From assembly GCF_052425735.1 (NCBI RefSeq), contig NC_135768.1, forward strand, positions 7,812,001 through 7,876,000: 64,000 nt of DNA. The letters are read 5' to 3'. Under the pieces are notes generated by a model. That model made no database searches and was not told the DNA's origin. It worked only from the letters and a program-made list of their open reading frames with translations. Source of the DNA: Oculina patagonica. Its lineage: Eukaryota. Both the position numbers and the translations under genes were made by a program. The number at the start of each line of letters is the position of its first letter. Within the stretch, counting starts at the first letter, position 1. Positions 46,503 through 60,400 of the stretch are shown in pieces.

Positions 46503-49500
46503 CTGCCTCGTCCCCAGGCGCCGATTGGCCGGACGTTGAGGCGGTAAGGCGGGAAAACAGGGAGCGCGGGGATTGATGGTTAGGGAGCGAGCCGCGGAGC
46601 GCCTGGCAGATCTCGCATTCAATATGGCGGACCAAAATGTCATCAACCCTGAAATGTGTATTAAAAACAGCAAAAGAGCCGTCTATTTAGCATTTTTACA
46701 GCACAGAGCGCCTTGGACACATCTTTTATGAAAAATATTCTTATTAAGACGACGGACTTCACCACCATTTTCGCACGCTTCATGTCCCAGCTCAGCTTGA
46801 GAAGAGCCAGGAGGAGCATACGAGGCACTCTGTGAAGTTAAAAAAGCTTTAAATCCTTTACGGCAAAGAGACGTTGAAATGTCTAATGACATTTTCCGAA
46901 CTCCAAGAGAGACAGGTACTCATTTCCGTTTATCGAAGTTGTCTTGTAAATCCGAGTGTAAATGACAAGAAAATTAGTTATCCTTTCCATTATTGTTTTG
47001 TGTAGAATTTTTTTCGTAGAGCCCGAGAGTTAGTTGCCTTTTAGTTATTCCATGGACGCTCATTTAAGCCAGACGCGACAAAGATAATGCAACAACAGTA
47101 TGAATCCATCGATACAAATAACAATTCATCTGTCTTTGGGATGTCATTTCTACTATCTCTGGTTTACTTCAATAAAATGTTAATTATCTGCTTATCAGTA
47201 ATCAAGCACAACCTTTGATAGTTGTTTTATTAATTGAAAATAAAAATTACATTAAAAATGTTTGATATGATAACTGTAATTTTTTTCAATGCAATTTTTT
47301 TTATTGATTGCCAGTAGGTGACTTTTTTCCCATTAAACCACAATTTATTAAGGATAAATACACATTTTTTTTGTTAAGCATTGTGGCAGTGAGTCTGCCA
47401 TTTATGCTGTGAATGCAACTGAGGCAACTAAATTGTTTGGAATGTACCCTATGCCATGCCATGCAGGCTTTTAATTTGGGGGCAGGTGCAGAGAGCATTT
47501 CTGATGAATGTGACACTGTTTTCATGAAGTTTTTAGAATGGTTCATGTGCGGTATATGATTTAAGATCATCTTGAAATCTTGCTTTGTAAAAATGGAAAG
47601 ATAATTTTTCTCATAAATATTTATGTATTAATATGCAAGGCTAGCATCTTTGGACATCCAAGGCCCACCATCATTCTATTCTAAATAACTCTAGTAACAA
47701 ACCCCTCTTAAATTTTTATCACTCTCCTGTAATTCTTTACAAATTTAAAATAGTACATGTATTTGTAAAATTCTTTACTTTTTTAGCCACTGAAAAGAAA
47801 TGTTTACTTTGTGCTTGCAAATTTGGTGTCTTAAGGCCTTTCTTATGCTCCCACTGACTTGATATTAACTAATTACAAAAGGAGCTGGGGTGAACTGTAC
47901 ATGGAGGGTTGAAGAGGGTAGTAAATCACTTTAGAAAATCAATCAAGTTAATTTTCAGGAGAAGGCTAACTATTATGTCTAGATCATAATCAGATGAAGG
48001 GCACCACCAAGGAAATTGTCGTACAAACAGTAATCCTCAGATTATCTCATGCACAACTTATTTAAATTCACAGTAGGTTAAGGCCATGCAGGTAAAACCC
48101 TCCTGGCTAGATAACTTTTGCAAATTGAAGGGAAATGTCTGAATGGTTTTGCAAAATTACTACTAAAAATATTTTTAAAAATGTAAAGGGTATCTTTTTC
48201 TCTTACAACAGCTGTTGTCATGGGTATAAAGCAGCAGGGTAGGCAAAGCATACATTCAACATTTAAAGTGTTTTAATTGTTTTCCAAGACTGCTAGAGGC
48301 AGTGGGCTATTAGCAGACTGGGGAAAAAGTGGCAACTCCAGGTTTGCCGGTTTATTTATTTTAATCAAATTGAATATGGTTAGCCAGGAGTTGCCATGTT
48401 CACATGAAATGCATTTAAGAGTCAGTAACAAACCCTTTGATGTAAAATTGCCTGGCATCTCAATTTATTTTCCTACACTATCTCAGCCATAAACTCTTGG
48501 GCCGGCAAAAATGATTTAAGTTTTGCTGTCTGTCATAGTCCAGTGTTTTGTTACCCTTAGGAATAAAGTTTTGCCACACATTCTCTAAAACACCTACTAA
48601 AAAACACTCCCTGTGACACTACAACTAGAAAAAACTATATTTTTTTGTTACAAGTTTGTCAAAGTCTTATCCTGCTTAAATCCTCCAAAAGAGTGACCAA
48701 AACCTTATTTCTCCTTACAGTATCAATGCATTATCAAGCAGTACAGTGACGAGAAACACACAAATTAATCAGCGGAGAGTAATTTCGATATTAACACTTG
48801 AATCAGTAAAAAGAAATTTTGAGTAGGATCTGCCTCCTCTGGTCACTAACACATTAAGTGCTGAAATAAACAGAACTACGCAAAGTTGAAATTTCAATAA
48901 TTGTACTTTCTGTCAAGAAAGGTAAATTATGAGGTTAACCTAGCTAGAATAAAATATCAGCACACATTATAATTGTTTATGTGTCATGTTCTCATAAGAT
49001 CTCCTACATTGGACAACATTAATTTGATAAAACACTTGTTAGCACTTGAACGGCTCTCTCTGGAGCGCTGCTTATAGACTTTATAGCTGAAGTTTAACGG
49101 CCAAGAGGTACAAATAAAAGTATACCGAAATGTAAGGAAGCTAAGCACTGCTCAGAAACGAAACAAACCAGCTCTGGCATCGATTGAAGCGAAACTTACC
49201 CTCAGTTCGAAGCTTATAAAGAAATTTAATTTTCTAACGACGGCAGAGATTCTTTACCCTCCGCCATTGACGATCTTCTCGCAATCAAAGTGGGATTTTC
49301 TCTGTTCAATCTTCTGCTCAGATTTCATACCATTTCTCCGGATAAATCGCTGATTTTGAGCTAGATTTCCCGCCAACATTAGATTAAAGCAAGGGGACCC
49401 CCGCTTTGCTGAAACCAGCCTCAGTGAACGCTGAAAAGAATCGGCTCGATAGAGCAACGAAAACGATCCGAAAGGCCGTCAAAATCCCCATGTTGACAGT

Positions 49501-49737
49501 ACTAACTTCCACGTAGCTCCCAGTGTTGATTTCTTGACCGTTAAACTTGTTAAAAGCGCTAAAACGCCTTTTGACGAGAAACCGAACATTTTTGCCAAGA
49601 AACTGAACAGGATCTGCCAGGCGTCCGCTTCCCCGTCCGCATCAGGCCCAGAACGCCAAGCGAACCGTGCACGTCAGTCCCACAACACCAAGCGAACCGT
49701 GCACGACCAAGGACGAGGACGCCTGGGGACGAGGCAG
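46503..49737. mobile_element. 3235-bp DNA transposon with 18-bp perfect TIRs and 10-bp TSD (superfamily unresolved; AcademH- or Mutator-like TSD length)
   Basis: CTGCCTCGTCCCCAGGCG (46503-46520) / CGCCTGGGGACGAGGCAG (49720-49737). TSD CAGTCAGATG at 46493-46502 and 49738-49747. Confidence 0.88.
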
Positions 49738-49814
49738 CAGTCAGATGCCTACCCGACTGCGCTACTTATGCGCACTTAGTCACGTGAGACGAAAATATCT
49801 TATATCAATGTAAT

Positions 49815-52416
49815 AGACCTTTTCAGCTTGATACGTCATACATTGATCACGTGGTCTGAAATGGGTAAACAAACACGGGTTTCCTCGAAGTGAAGTATTG
49901 TGAGTGGATTTCGATACGGAGTATTTATACTCCCGTGTGTATAACTGCTTTACTATCTCTACTAACGAAGAGATATCTTTCCCTAGTTTTCCCAGCGATA
50001 AAAAACTCGTCAAGGTAAGAGAAATTTAATCGCTAAAATGCGATCCCAACTACGCTTTGCCTACAATTTACGGCAACATTATTGATGAACTTGAAACATT
50101 CATTTACTCAAGCTTGTTACATTGTCGCTTTAATGTATGGATTTCAAGAATAAGAAGAGATCCTAAGAACGATTTCAAGGTATTAGCTTATACCAAAGTT
50201 TGTTTGGAGCATTTCCAACAAGAGAATTTTGTGTGCTTTGACACAAGTTCAAGAGGACTGAAACCACTTCGCTTGCCCATCAGTTTGCAGCTGGACGAAA
50301 ATAGCTCCTGAGCGGTCGCTTCCAGAGAAGAAAAAACAGATAGAAGAGCTAAATACTGTCCTTGACGTAAAGCTAACTGAAACGGCTTCAGAGGGTGAAG
50401 GCTAATTCGATCTAACTGCTTTTCGAGAGCTATTCAAGAAAATCTGCGAGCACAGATTTTCTAAAAGTGTTTTCTTTGTACCGGTATTATAATATTATAA
50501 TCATAGATTGCACTAAAATAAAAATCCAGTGCCCATTTCACTTGTATACTTTAATCAAATTAGAAATCCATCACTGAATACTTTGAAATCTCTTGTGGGA
50601 GTTGATTTAAAGGGAGGTATTATGTTTGTTTACAGCTGAACACAGATTCACAGGGTTCATAACCTTTTTCACAAACAATTTTCTAGGACTTTTCCAGGAC
50701 TCAGATTGATCTGTCCAGGACTCTAAAATTCACATTAACCCTTTCACTCCCAAGATCTCAATATTATTTCTCCTTACTGTCTTCCATACATTTCTTATGA
50801 TCAAGTTCTAAGAATTCAGTTGTTACTTGAGTTTAACAGATTTTCAAAACATTCCAGGACCAGTTGTCTTCCAGGTCCTGTACAAACCCTGATAAATCTG
50901 ATAAACACATTCTCACAAGGAGTGGATTTCTTGAGGTACTTTCAGGAGATAAAGAAGTATCCAAGCTTAATGCTGGTGACAGTATCGTGGCAGATTAAGG
51001 CTTTGATATTGAAGAGGAGTAAAGAAAGTTGAAATTCAACTGAACGTCCCTCCCTTCCTGAAAAAAACCCCCTAGTTTAATGCAAAGGAGGTCATAAGAA
51101 AGTGAGACATTTCTTTATTTTTAATACCCGACTAGTACTACCAATAAGTTCATTGGGTACCATCAATCAAGTCTGGACAGTTTGATGCTTACTTTCAAAC
51201 CTCATGAATCCCATTTTAACTGATGAGTGTTACAGCTGTTCAGGAACCATCTGTGTGTAACATTTCCACTTTGAGAATATTTTTCCAAGTAAAAATTTGC
51301 TTCATTGTTCCGTCTTTTGAGGAACAAAACTATTGTTGTTGTTTGTGTATTTCTATTCTGGGTAGTTTTTTTGCCTATTTTAGTTAATTTATTTTATGCT
51401 ATAATTATTTCTGTTTATTTTGGCAAAATAAAATGGTTGTTATTGTTGTTGTCAACCATGTCAAATGAAGCTTTTCTTAATACAGATTTCATGGCTGGCT
51501 CTGGGTTAATGCTATCCCCTCTTCGTTTATGCCATTCGTGAGGAACACTAGTGCAGGTTTTATTTACTGGAATGTACTTGATCCTTAAAAAAACACCAGT
51601 GGTTCAGCAAATACAAAAGGCCCAAAACATGTCTGAAGTGCCCTTCACTCCTACGACAAGAGAGTATACAAATTAAAAAAAATTTCACCACCAAATGATT
51701 GTAAAAGTTAGCATTACAGATGAATAGACCACATAACATAAACAGGTTTTTCTGTAGCCAGTTTATTATTCCAGGCATGAAATACAAGGCAGTTACTAGT
51801 TAGCAAGGTAGATTCAAGCAAGTAACTTAATTTTTGGATAAGATATACAATTGAAAGCACCACTCATAATATCTTCTCCATTAATAGAGTATGGGTGGGC
51901 CCTTTAATAGCTAGGCTAACATAACAAACACTGTAGTAGTAAAAACACATTGCACAACTGAGACAGAGTATCTTGTATCATCGTCTATTCTCTTGTCTAG
52001 CGCGCGTGGTTGTAAGAACTTACTCAGCTTAACAAAATTAAGAACATTTTGCTTCTGTAACAGTTCCTCTTCTCTTGTTCTCTTGTCACTTTTCAATTTA
52101 AAATTTATTGAGAGGGAATCTCGGCTTTTCTTTTGGCTCCGGAAACAGCAGACCTTTACGAAACACGATCCATGATTGTCTTCTTTTACAAAAACATTGT
52201 GTATGTAATTTTCTGTATAGCATTTATATCCCTTTTTTCCGCAGTCTCCTTTTCTCCACAGCCTGTTAGGTTGCTTTGCAATAGTAACTGAAGATACTTT
52301 AGGGACGTTTTTCAATTGTTTTGGCCAGTGCGACTTGAACACAACAAACGAATCCGCCATCTTGAATGTTATGTTTACCCACTTCAAACCACGTGACCAA
52401 CTAGCTGAAAAGGTCT
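49815..52416. mobile_element. Decayed ISL2EU-type (Harbinger-related) DNA transposon with convergent transposase and SWIM/exonuclease-type gene remnants
   Basis: TIRs AGACCTTTTCAGCT / AGCTGAAAAGGTCT with AT on both sides. The + strand has a THAP fragment (WISRIRR...KVCLEHF) and DDE_Tnp_4-like fragments (TLKSLVGVD.KGGIMFV; SDKHILTRSGFL; GDSIVAD*GFDI; LNVPPFL; INQVWTV). The - strand has KGYK..TENYIH..VKVCCFRSQKK, GHFRHVLGLLY and CTSVPHEWHKRRG. Confidence 0.82.
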
Positions 52417-53213
52417 ATTGACATTCCGCCGTTTATCTGTTATCATGTGCATCAAAGGAATGTTTGAATCACCTGCTGCTCATAAATTTTCAAGGAATGA
52501 AAACTAAACTTTTAAACTTGGCAAAAAAATTCAGTCGTGGCTCGAAGAGCTCTTTGATGTAGTTATTTAATTTAATCTGTAAAATTTTCTCGAGAATTGA
52601 TTGTTATCTGTCAACCTTTTTGGTCAGAAGTGACCGATCTCTTTTTTCTTCTCACAACAATACAGAGAATTAAAGATTAGCTGCCGTTAACAAACCATAA
52701 GCTCTCTCAGACTTACTTGATAAAGTCGCTGAAGACACAAAAGCGGCTCGGACCAGACGCATTTTGGACCCGTCCTGTGTTAAATTAGCTAAAACAGCCC
52801 AGCTGGTCTCGAAAGAAACCGGTTTTCGTGTTCAGATCGATGGGGCCAGTCCAGCTTGGGATAGGAATGGTTCCAAAACTGGACCTGTTTTTTGGTATTC
52901 ACAAAGCAGCCTTTACAAGAGCACAAAACAACGACCCTGGTAAGCACTCAGACCTGTACCGTTCCATCGAACTTACCATTAATTTTGGTCCCCGCACCTA
53001 TTTCTCCCTGACTGTAATAGAGAGAAGCATATTTAAGCTTCTCGAAATATTTCGGTCTTCCCTCGGCCTAACAAGTTTCACTGAGGACAACAAAATATCT
53101 TCGCAACTTATCCACTGATGAAAAATACTCTTAACCTCTCATCAATGTATCTTCACTCACTCGACAAGATACCATTATGACAAAACGGTCTAGTAGGAAA
53201 TGTTATAATAAAA

Positions 53214-53300
53214 AATAATAATAAATAAATATTTATATAGCGCCTATCCAGGCCTGTTCTAAGCGCTTTACAATAATGTTTTAAAAAAATTAAGATTACT
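53214..53300 (-). mobile_element. L2-type LINE 3' tail
   Basis: The minus strand reads TTGTAAAGCGCTTAGAACAGGCCTGGATAGGCGCTATATAAATATTTATTTATTATTATT, the L2 3' stem-loop plus microsatellite tail. Confidence 0.6.
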
Positions 53301-54189
53301 AAAATCACAATATAATAAAATCGATACATAAAAATTCGCTAAAATAAACTGTGTGAATCTTAACAATTAAAAATGTGCATTAAAAGTAATAATCAAAGGC
53401 TCTATGAGCAAAGTCGTGAATGTGGTATTTAAAACTGTCAGCCAGAATAAGCCAATATTTTAAATGTTTGCTGAGAAATTACAATTTTTGTAAACGTAAG
53501 TGATAGTTGAAACTTGTTGAAAACACCTTCTGACAGACTAGCCTCATACAGAGTTCAGTGATGTGTTGTATTGCAGGATATTGTTTGGTAAATCTATAAA
53601 TGAATTCAAAATACCATGTGCCTTGTTAAAATAACTTGTAGGACAATGCAAACCATCAAGTGTAAGCAATTTTTTTATTTATCTTTATTATCAATAAAAG
53701 GGGCCAAATTGCAAACGGCTAGCTACAACCCTGGACATGTACAGAAAACTACTTTAAGGTTTTTAGTGGCTATAACATTTTGGGGATTTTAGTGAGTTGG
53801 GCGAAAATCGCTAAATTTAGTATTTGTAAATTTAAAATTTGTCTTGAACAAATTTATCACTCTTGAAAATCAAGTACCTTCTTGGTCCCTCCTTTCCACC
53901 TTGGCCTAAATGAGCACACACTTTAACATAGTCAAGTAGAAAAATTTATTAACAAATGAATACCGGTAACTTTGTTCTTTCAGTTAATACAAATGTTCAT
54001 GTAATATCAGGAAAGTTTCTTCATTTACTGAACATTTATTTCCATCTTAGCTATATGCTCATTAAAAACTGGTTGACACGATATACTGTAACTATTTTTT
54101 AAGTTTTTGGAATATCGCTAAATTAAATAGTCGCTAAATCTTACTCAGAAAAAAATGTTAAAATTAATAGCCACTAACAATAGTAACCT

Positions 54190-55052
54190 TAGAGGAAGTT
54201 CATACAAGGGGACAGGGGAAGAAGATATTGAAACTTGAAACTTTAGCAGCCCCCCTCGCTAGCGGTTCAATTTTTTAGGAGGCCCCCCTTTGGTAGTCGA
54301 AAAAATTTCATAGCCCTCCCCCTCCTCCTTCAATTCCTTTGCTCCCATGATAAAAGATCGCTAGACTGTATCAAGAGCGTTTACCGTCATTGTCTTCAAT
54401 GGTTTATACTATGACAGACTTGAGATCCAGTTGTGATCAGATCCCTGTTGAGTTCTTGAGTCTTTATTGCTTTATTGTCGCAGAGTGCATACCTCTACTC
54501 CGATGCTTCACACATAGTTTTTATGGTAGCGGCTCATCCATGACCCAACTACCAATACTTGATTGATAGATTTATTAAAGCTGCAAAGTAGCAAGTTTGT
54601 ACAATCGATCTGACAACCAGTGTGAAACAAACAGTAAAATTTCTTGTTACAGCGTAGTCGTTTTTATAGTTCCTGTTAGCAGATTTTGAAATCTTGTTGA
54701 AACAATGTGGTTTTATTATAAAAAGGTTGGGCATTTCTAATTTTTGAAATTTTCTAAAGCATTTTTGGGATGAACAAGAGTGTAATAATTACTGAGACTA
54801 CATTTGTTATCTGTAAACCATGTGATATAGCTGAGTTGCACAGGTCATTAAACTGTTAAGTTGGAAACCATCCGATCTGTCTGATGATGTCATGTGTTGG
54901 TTTCGAAGTATACAAATTTTCGGAGCCCCCCCCCCCCCCCCCCCTAGCCCAACAATTTTTTCACAACTCCCCCTTCAGGTGTCTAAAAATTTTAGGAGCC
55001 CCCCTCAATATCTTCATCCCCCCCCTTGTCATATTAAATTAACTTTCCCTTA
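54190..55052. mobile_element. MITE-like element with C-rich subterminal repeats, nested at the end of another TIR element (about 53750-54190)
   Basis: Termini AGAGGAAGTTCAT..ACAAGGGG...GAAGATATTGA / TCAATATCTTC..CCCCTTGTC..TTAACTTTCCCT. The host shows TTAGTGGCTA / TAGCCACTAA inverted ends. Confidence 0.55.
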
Positions 55053-55954
55053 AGGTTTAAAGTACTCTCAACCTTTAAATTATAAAGTTTATCTTCTTTC
55101 TTTGAATGTCTAGATGCCATAGCACTCAGTGGATGCTTACAAAAATAATTCACGAGTGCAATGATACACCAATGGAGAACTACAATTACCACACGTTGAA
55201 CTAATATTTCCCCTTTTATGCAAGACCATGTGTACGAAGAAAAAAATTATTTTAGGGACTGATCTATAATAGTAATACTGTGTCAAGAAACTGTGTTTAC
55301 AAATGTATTCTGCCTAGAAAAGCAAAGCAAATTTATCATTCACATAACTACCTAATAAGCTACGAATGTCAGGGGAAATTGCGAACTTCGTTAACGAAAG
55401 TGAGACAACAAATATAAAATATTACTAGAACAAAACCTTGACGAAAGTGCAAAATGACTAAGCAAGCCAACAACTATATATTGCTTATATCTTTAATTGT
55501 TTCGAAACGCATCTCTTTTATCTTGCTGATTGAGACCAATCTGTAGTGGAAAATACAGCCTAAATTATTACTTACCGACTATATGATCGCATTTCAATGA
55601 AAGATAATTTGATATCCAAGGTCTTTCGAAATAAGCTATTGATCGGCGTGTAAGCTCCTTGCTGCTCCCTCGACCGTCCTTTCCGTTGCGTTGTGTGTAA
55701 GTGTTGATTCGAGCACTGGCCTGGCTAGAAAATTCCTTCCAGAAAAAAATGTTCGTATTCTACTGATGTACATGTATCCAAAAGTTCGCATTACAACTTG
55801 GGAGAGCTCTTTGACCACGTTCATCCGCCATTTTAAACTTTATTGAAACTTTATATAAAATTGCCAGGTTACCAAGGGAGTTTACACAAATTTAATTGAT
55901 TCCTGCCCGCTATAAGTCGTTCATTGCATTCACGACTTAAAAAAGTAAAAATCG

Positions 55955-56755
55955 CTAAGAATAATAAGTTTTTGTAAAAAGATAAGTTTTGAGTTTAGAT
56001 TTAATAGAACTTAAATTGTCACATGAACGGATAAAAAGAGGCAGACTGTTCCAGAGTTCGGGTGCGGAAACAACAAAAGCTCGATAACCATACGACTTTA
56101 GATGGAAATTGGTGAAGTTAAGAAGTAACAAGTGTGTTGATCGGAGGGTTCTAGAAGGTTGGTAGTAAGTTAACAAATCTTAAATGTAGACAGGAGATTG
56201 TTGATGAAGAGCCTTAAAGGTAAGTAACAGAATCTTGAATTTAATGCGTTCTGAAACAGGAAGCCAGTGTAGTTCTTTCAGTATTGGAGTGATGTGGTCG
56301 TACTTTCGGGAACAGGTGATAAGTCGGGCAGCGGCGTTCTGAACAGACTGGAGCTTTTTTAAAGCACTCTTCGGTACATTATACAAAAGAGAGTTACAGT
56401 GGTCGAGTTTGGAAGACACAAAAGCATAGACCAGGATCTCGGTGGTTTTCGTGGATAAGAATTTCCTTATCCGGGAGATGTTGTGCAGATGATGGATAAG
56501 AGGCTGATTTACAAATAGAACTGATATGCGGAAGCATAGCCATGGTACTGTCAAATATGACACCGATGTTTCTCGCAAATTGAGATGGTTGAATTATGTC
56601 TTGGCCAAAACGGATTGGAGGTAGAGACCGCTTCGGGTTGTGTTACGAGTATAGGTAAAGAAGTTCCGTTTTATCCTTATTCAGTTTTAGTTTGTTAAGA
56701 GACATCCACTTCTCAAGATCAGCCAAACATTCCTCAATTTTTCCAACTGTATTGG
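55955..56755 (-). mobile_element. 5'-truncated, degenerate L2/CR1-clade LINE ORF2 C-terminal fragment
   Basis: WMSLNKLKLNKDKTELL...RNIGVIFD...LHNISRIRKFL...AFVSSKLDHCNSLL...LQSVQNAAARLI...HITPILKELHWLPVSERIKFKILLL...RAF..SAPELWNSLP...KSKLKTYLF, with frameshifts and an in-frame stop. Confidence 0.92.
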
Positions 56756-57446
56756 TTAATTCGACGTCGTTGTTTGTTGTTTGTTTGTTATTTTATTAGT
56801 CAATTGTATTATCTTATTTATTTGGTCCTCTTGAGGGGGAACACTGATCACCCTCTGACTGAATTCTATAATCAAACCGTTCACGGCGTGACAGCAACAA
56901 AAACTATTCTGCAAATTAAGAGACTGGTTCATATTTGCAGATTGGAAAACTAAGTAGAAGTGGCATACTATGCAAAAATGTACACTGCACTTCACTTGTT
57001 CCTCAGCATTTTTGTCGCTCTCGAGTTTATTTCACACGTTCCACGACAAAACATTTCCCCTTACCTTACAATCTAAGATTGTGGAAGAGACTATCGATTG
57101 AGAACTATACCAAAACACTGGACATTAAATAGACATTATTAAGTACAACTCTTCTTACTCCGTACTCTATTGCCGGGTTACATTTCATGTTATTAGTAAT
57201 AGAAGCTTACATAGAACTGTTCCTTATAAGCGATGCCTATCTTATCACTAAGTTAAGAACATTGTTACTTATTACGAAAACACTTCAGTTTCATGAAGCC
57301 AAGTCTACGCTTAATGTTTCTTTTCTTTAAACCTGACCAGCAGAAATAAATTTAAAAAAATAAAAATTTCTGAAAGTTAAAAAGGAATGTTTCCGTTCTG
57401 TTAATCTGACAAATGCCGTTCGATCTATCCAGTGACGCTTCAGAGT

Positions 57447-60400
57447 TTACACTTCCGGTGATAGTGAACAAGGTCTTTTAAATTCGTTTCCATATTCGTG
57501 GATCCACTTGTTGGAAACTGAAAAGGAATGGAAACGTAACGGTATCAAGGCTAAAAACATAGGTCTGCAATTCGTGCTTGTGAATAGTGAATAGCGGTTT
57601 TCTTTGCCGTGCATTGTTTTTATTCAATTAATCATGTTCCAACATACTATCAAGATACGACAGTTAAGATTGGTCTAGTATTTCATTTGCTACTTATGGC
57701 TGCTTGACTAGTACCCGCTATTGTCGTTTCGCTGTATTGTTTAACACAGTTTTCTTTAGACCAGCAATAGAACTCCACTCCCCTAGAAGTGACAAAAATG
57801 TTATCTTTAATGACTTAGCTTTCTTCAGTTCATATTTTACATTTTCCCTCATTTCAATTAAAATTTTCCACATTGCATGCAAATAAGCTTCTTTCCTGCC
57901 AATGTACTGAATCATATCTAAACTCAAACAAAAAAATACACTATTTTCTATAAAAAATAATTAATACCCTAAAATGCAAGAAAAGCAAAGCTGAGAATTT
58001 AGATGTTCACCTTGGTCTAATGAGTATAGCACCTTACCCCATTTCCAGCCTTTTAGCACAGGACATCCGGCGTGACGTGTTCTGAAATCACCTTCACCTG
58101 AACGCAGCAGATTGTGCCAGAATACGGCATCACCCTGAAAAAAGGACAATTTTTTAATTTCATTTTTTTACTCACTTCGTACTGAGTACCAACCTGACAT
58201 TTCGCTGCCCCAGTCGGTGATAACTGCGGTACTTGGTTAAGGCTCTTAAGGAGTTTTCGATTCCAATAATAGCGTGACACTCACGAGTGCTCCGAAACCT
58301 GTCACGCAATAAGTACACGTAAAGTTGCTCGCAGACGGGATTTCGACCTCACCTTTTACTCGTTTCGCAGACTGGCATGGTCAAGAAGCGCGAAAACTGG
58401 GGCCGGTATTTGAGCAAATTGGGTGGAGTTTCACGGCTCAAAAATTGAAGGCAAAATGTCCCTATTCACTATAACTCTTTAGGTCTTAACAGTAAACTTG
58501 AACATGTAGGTAGCCTTAAAGGAAAAAGAAAAAATCTCCACTAAGAACCATTAAATTTCAAGCAAGGAAATTGGAAATTTATAATCAAAAGTGTGGAGAA
58601 TCTCCATGCCGATCTTGTTTAGTGTTGCATTATCAACCAGTGGTTCACATTCAGAAATAATCAAAGGTTCCTAGTTAATGAAGATGAATTTTTCAACAAT
58701 GACACGAGCAAGGGACAAAGAAAAATTCTGAGTACCCGACGGGAATCGAACCCATGGCCTCCCAGATACCGGTTGGGCGCTCTAACCAACTGAGCTATGA
58801 GAGACTCGTGGTGAGTTGGGCTATTTACTAGGTTGATATGTGACACGCGTCCTGCATACTGCTAGGATCAGCAATCATCCCTTTTGTCGAAATCGTCAAG
58901 TGTGCAGTAAATAATAAAGATGGTAAATTTTAAGCTCGGTGATAGATAATGAAGATGAATATTTCAACAATGACACGAGCATGGGACAAAGAAAAATTCT
59001 GAGTCCCCGACGGGAATCGAACTCGAAATCATCAAGTGTATAGTAAATATCAAGTGTGTAGTAAATAATAAAGATGGTAAATTCTAAGCTCGGTGATAAA
59101 TAATGAAGATGAATTTTTCAACAATAACACGAGCATGGGACAATGAGTCCCCGACGGGACTATTACCTTTTTAGGCTTCACCCTTGCCCCTACATACGGG
59201 AACACAGTAGCCCCACCGGCCTCTACATCTGTAAACTGTAAAGTAAAAGTGGAATTCGGTAAAGGAAGTTCCAGAGGTAAACCTATTTTAAAAAATTGTT
59301 AAACCAGTCAAAATATCGAAGAAGTTGCTTAGTCACGTTAACGACGAGAGATCCAATTACATTCACGGATTTACAATAGTCCACAATAGGTGTCTGCTAA
59401 AAACTGATTACAATTTTGCCTACGTGACCTACACTGCGTTGCTAATTAACAATTGGTCGGTAGGCTCGAGGTTTATATTGGCTGATAGTTGGCGAGAAGC
59501 CCCAAGGCAACTATCAAAGTTGAAAAGAACCGAGAGCGAGCCGTCTAATTGTTTTAGCACAACCCCTGATCGATCACTGACCGAGAGGCGTCTATCGATC
59601 AAAATACGGCACCTGTGTTACTGTAGCAAATCAGATTGCGCAATTACCTAATAGACGGTCAGTGGGTTATGCTAATGAGAAATAAATTTCATATGCCGCG
59701 AGATAGACGCAAACAAAATCGGGTTCTCTGGCTTTACATGAAAATGCTGCTTTTGTGGTCTTAAATGAATTTCAAAAGCTAAAATTGTAAACGTGAGACA
59801 CAAAGCCAGGTAAGTCACATACGTAGAGAAGAACTGTTGCTATCCTGTTTCCAGTTCCAAGTTGACCGAGTGTCGAATTCTGAAGATCCTGGAGGGTAAA
59901 CATAGTAAGATTGGTTTAAGGAGAAGAAAAATGACAAAAACAACAACAACTAGAACAGTAGCAGAAACAGCAGCATTAACAACAGCCTCAGCAAAAACAA
60001 AGCTATCAACCAGATTTCAAAGAAACATTTTCTTACCCTTGAAAAGTCAAAGTGGGGATCGTAGTGCCCTGCCAATCCATAATTTTGAACCTGACAAAAA
60101 ATGTTAAAAAAAGACTTAGAAAACGAGGCCTCAGAAACATTTACAAACACTATGGAAAACCGAGAAGAAGAAGAAGAAGATAAGCTTTTTAGACAATCAA
60201 ATCATCTGCCAGATAATTATAAGTATATTTTACAGTTTACTGCAATTGGAGGTACAGATCCAACGAAAAATAAATATCAGTCAACACTTCGTACAAATCC
60301 AAAAAACTGCTTTCCTAGATTGTCAACTGAAGAGTTAAGTTCTTAGGGTAACATCCTATATAGATCAGTTTGCACTATCAAAGGCGGTTTTTTAAACGAT

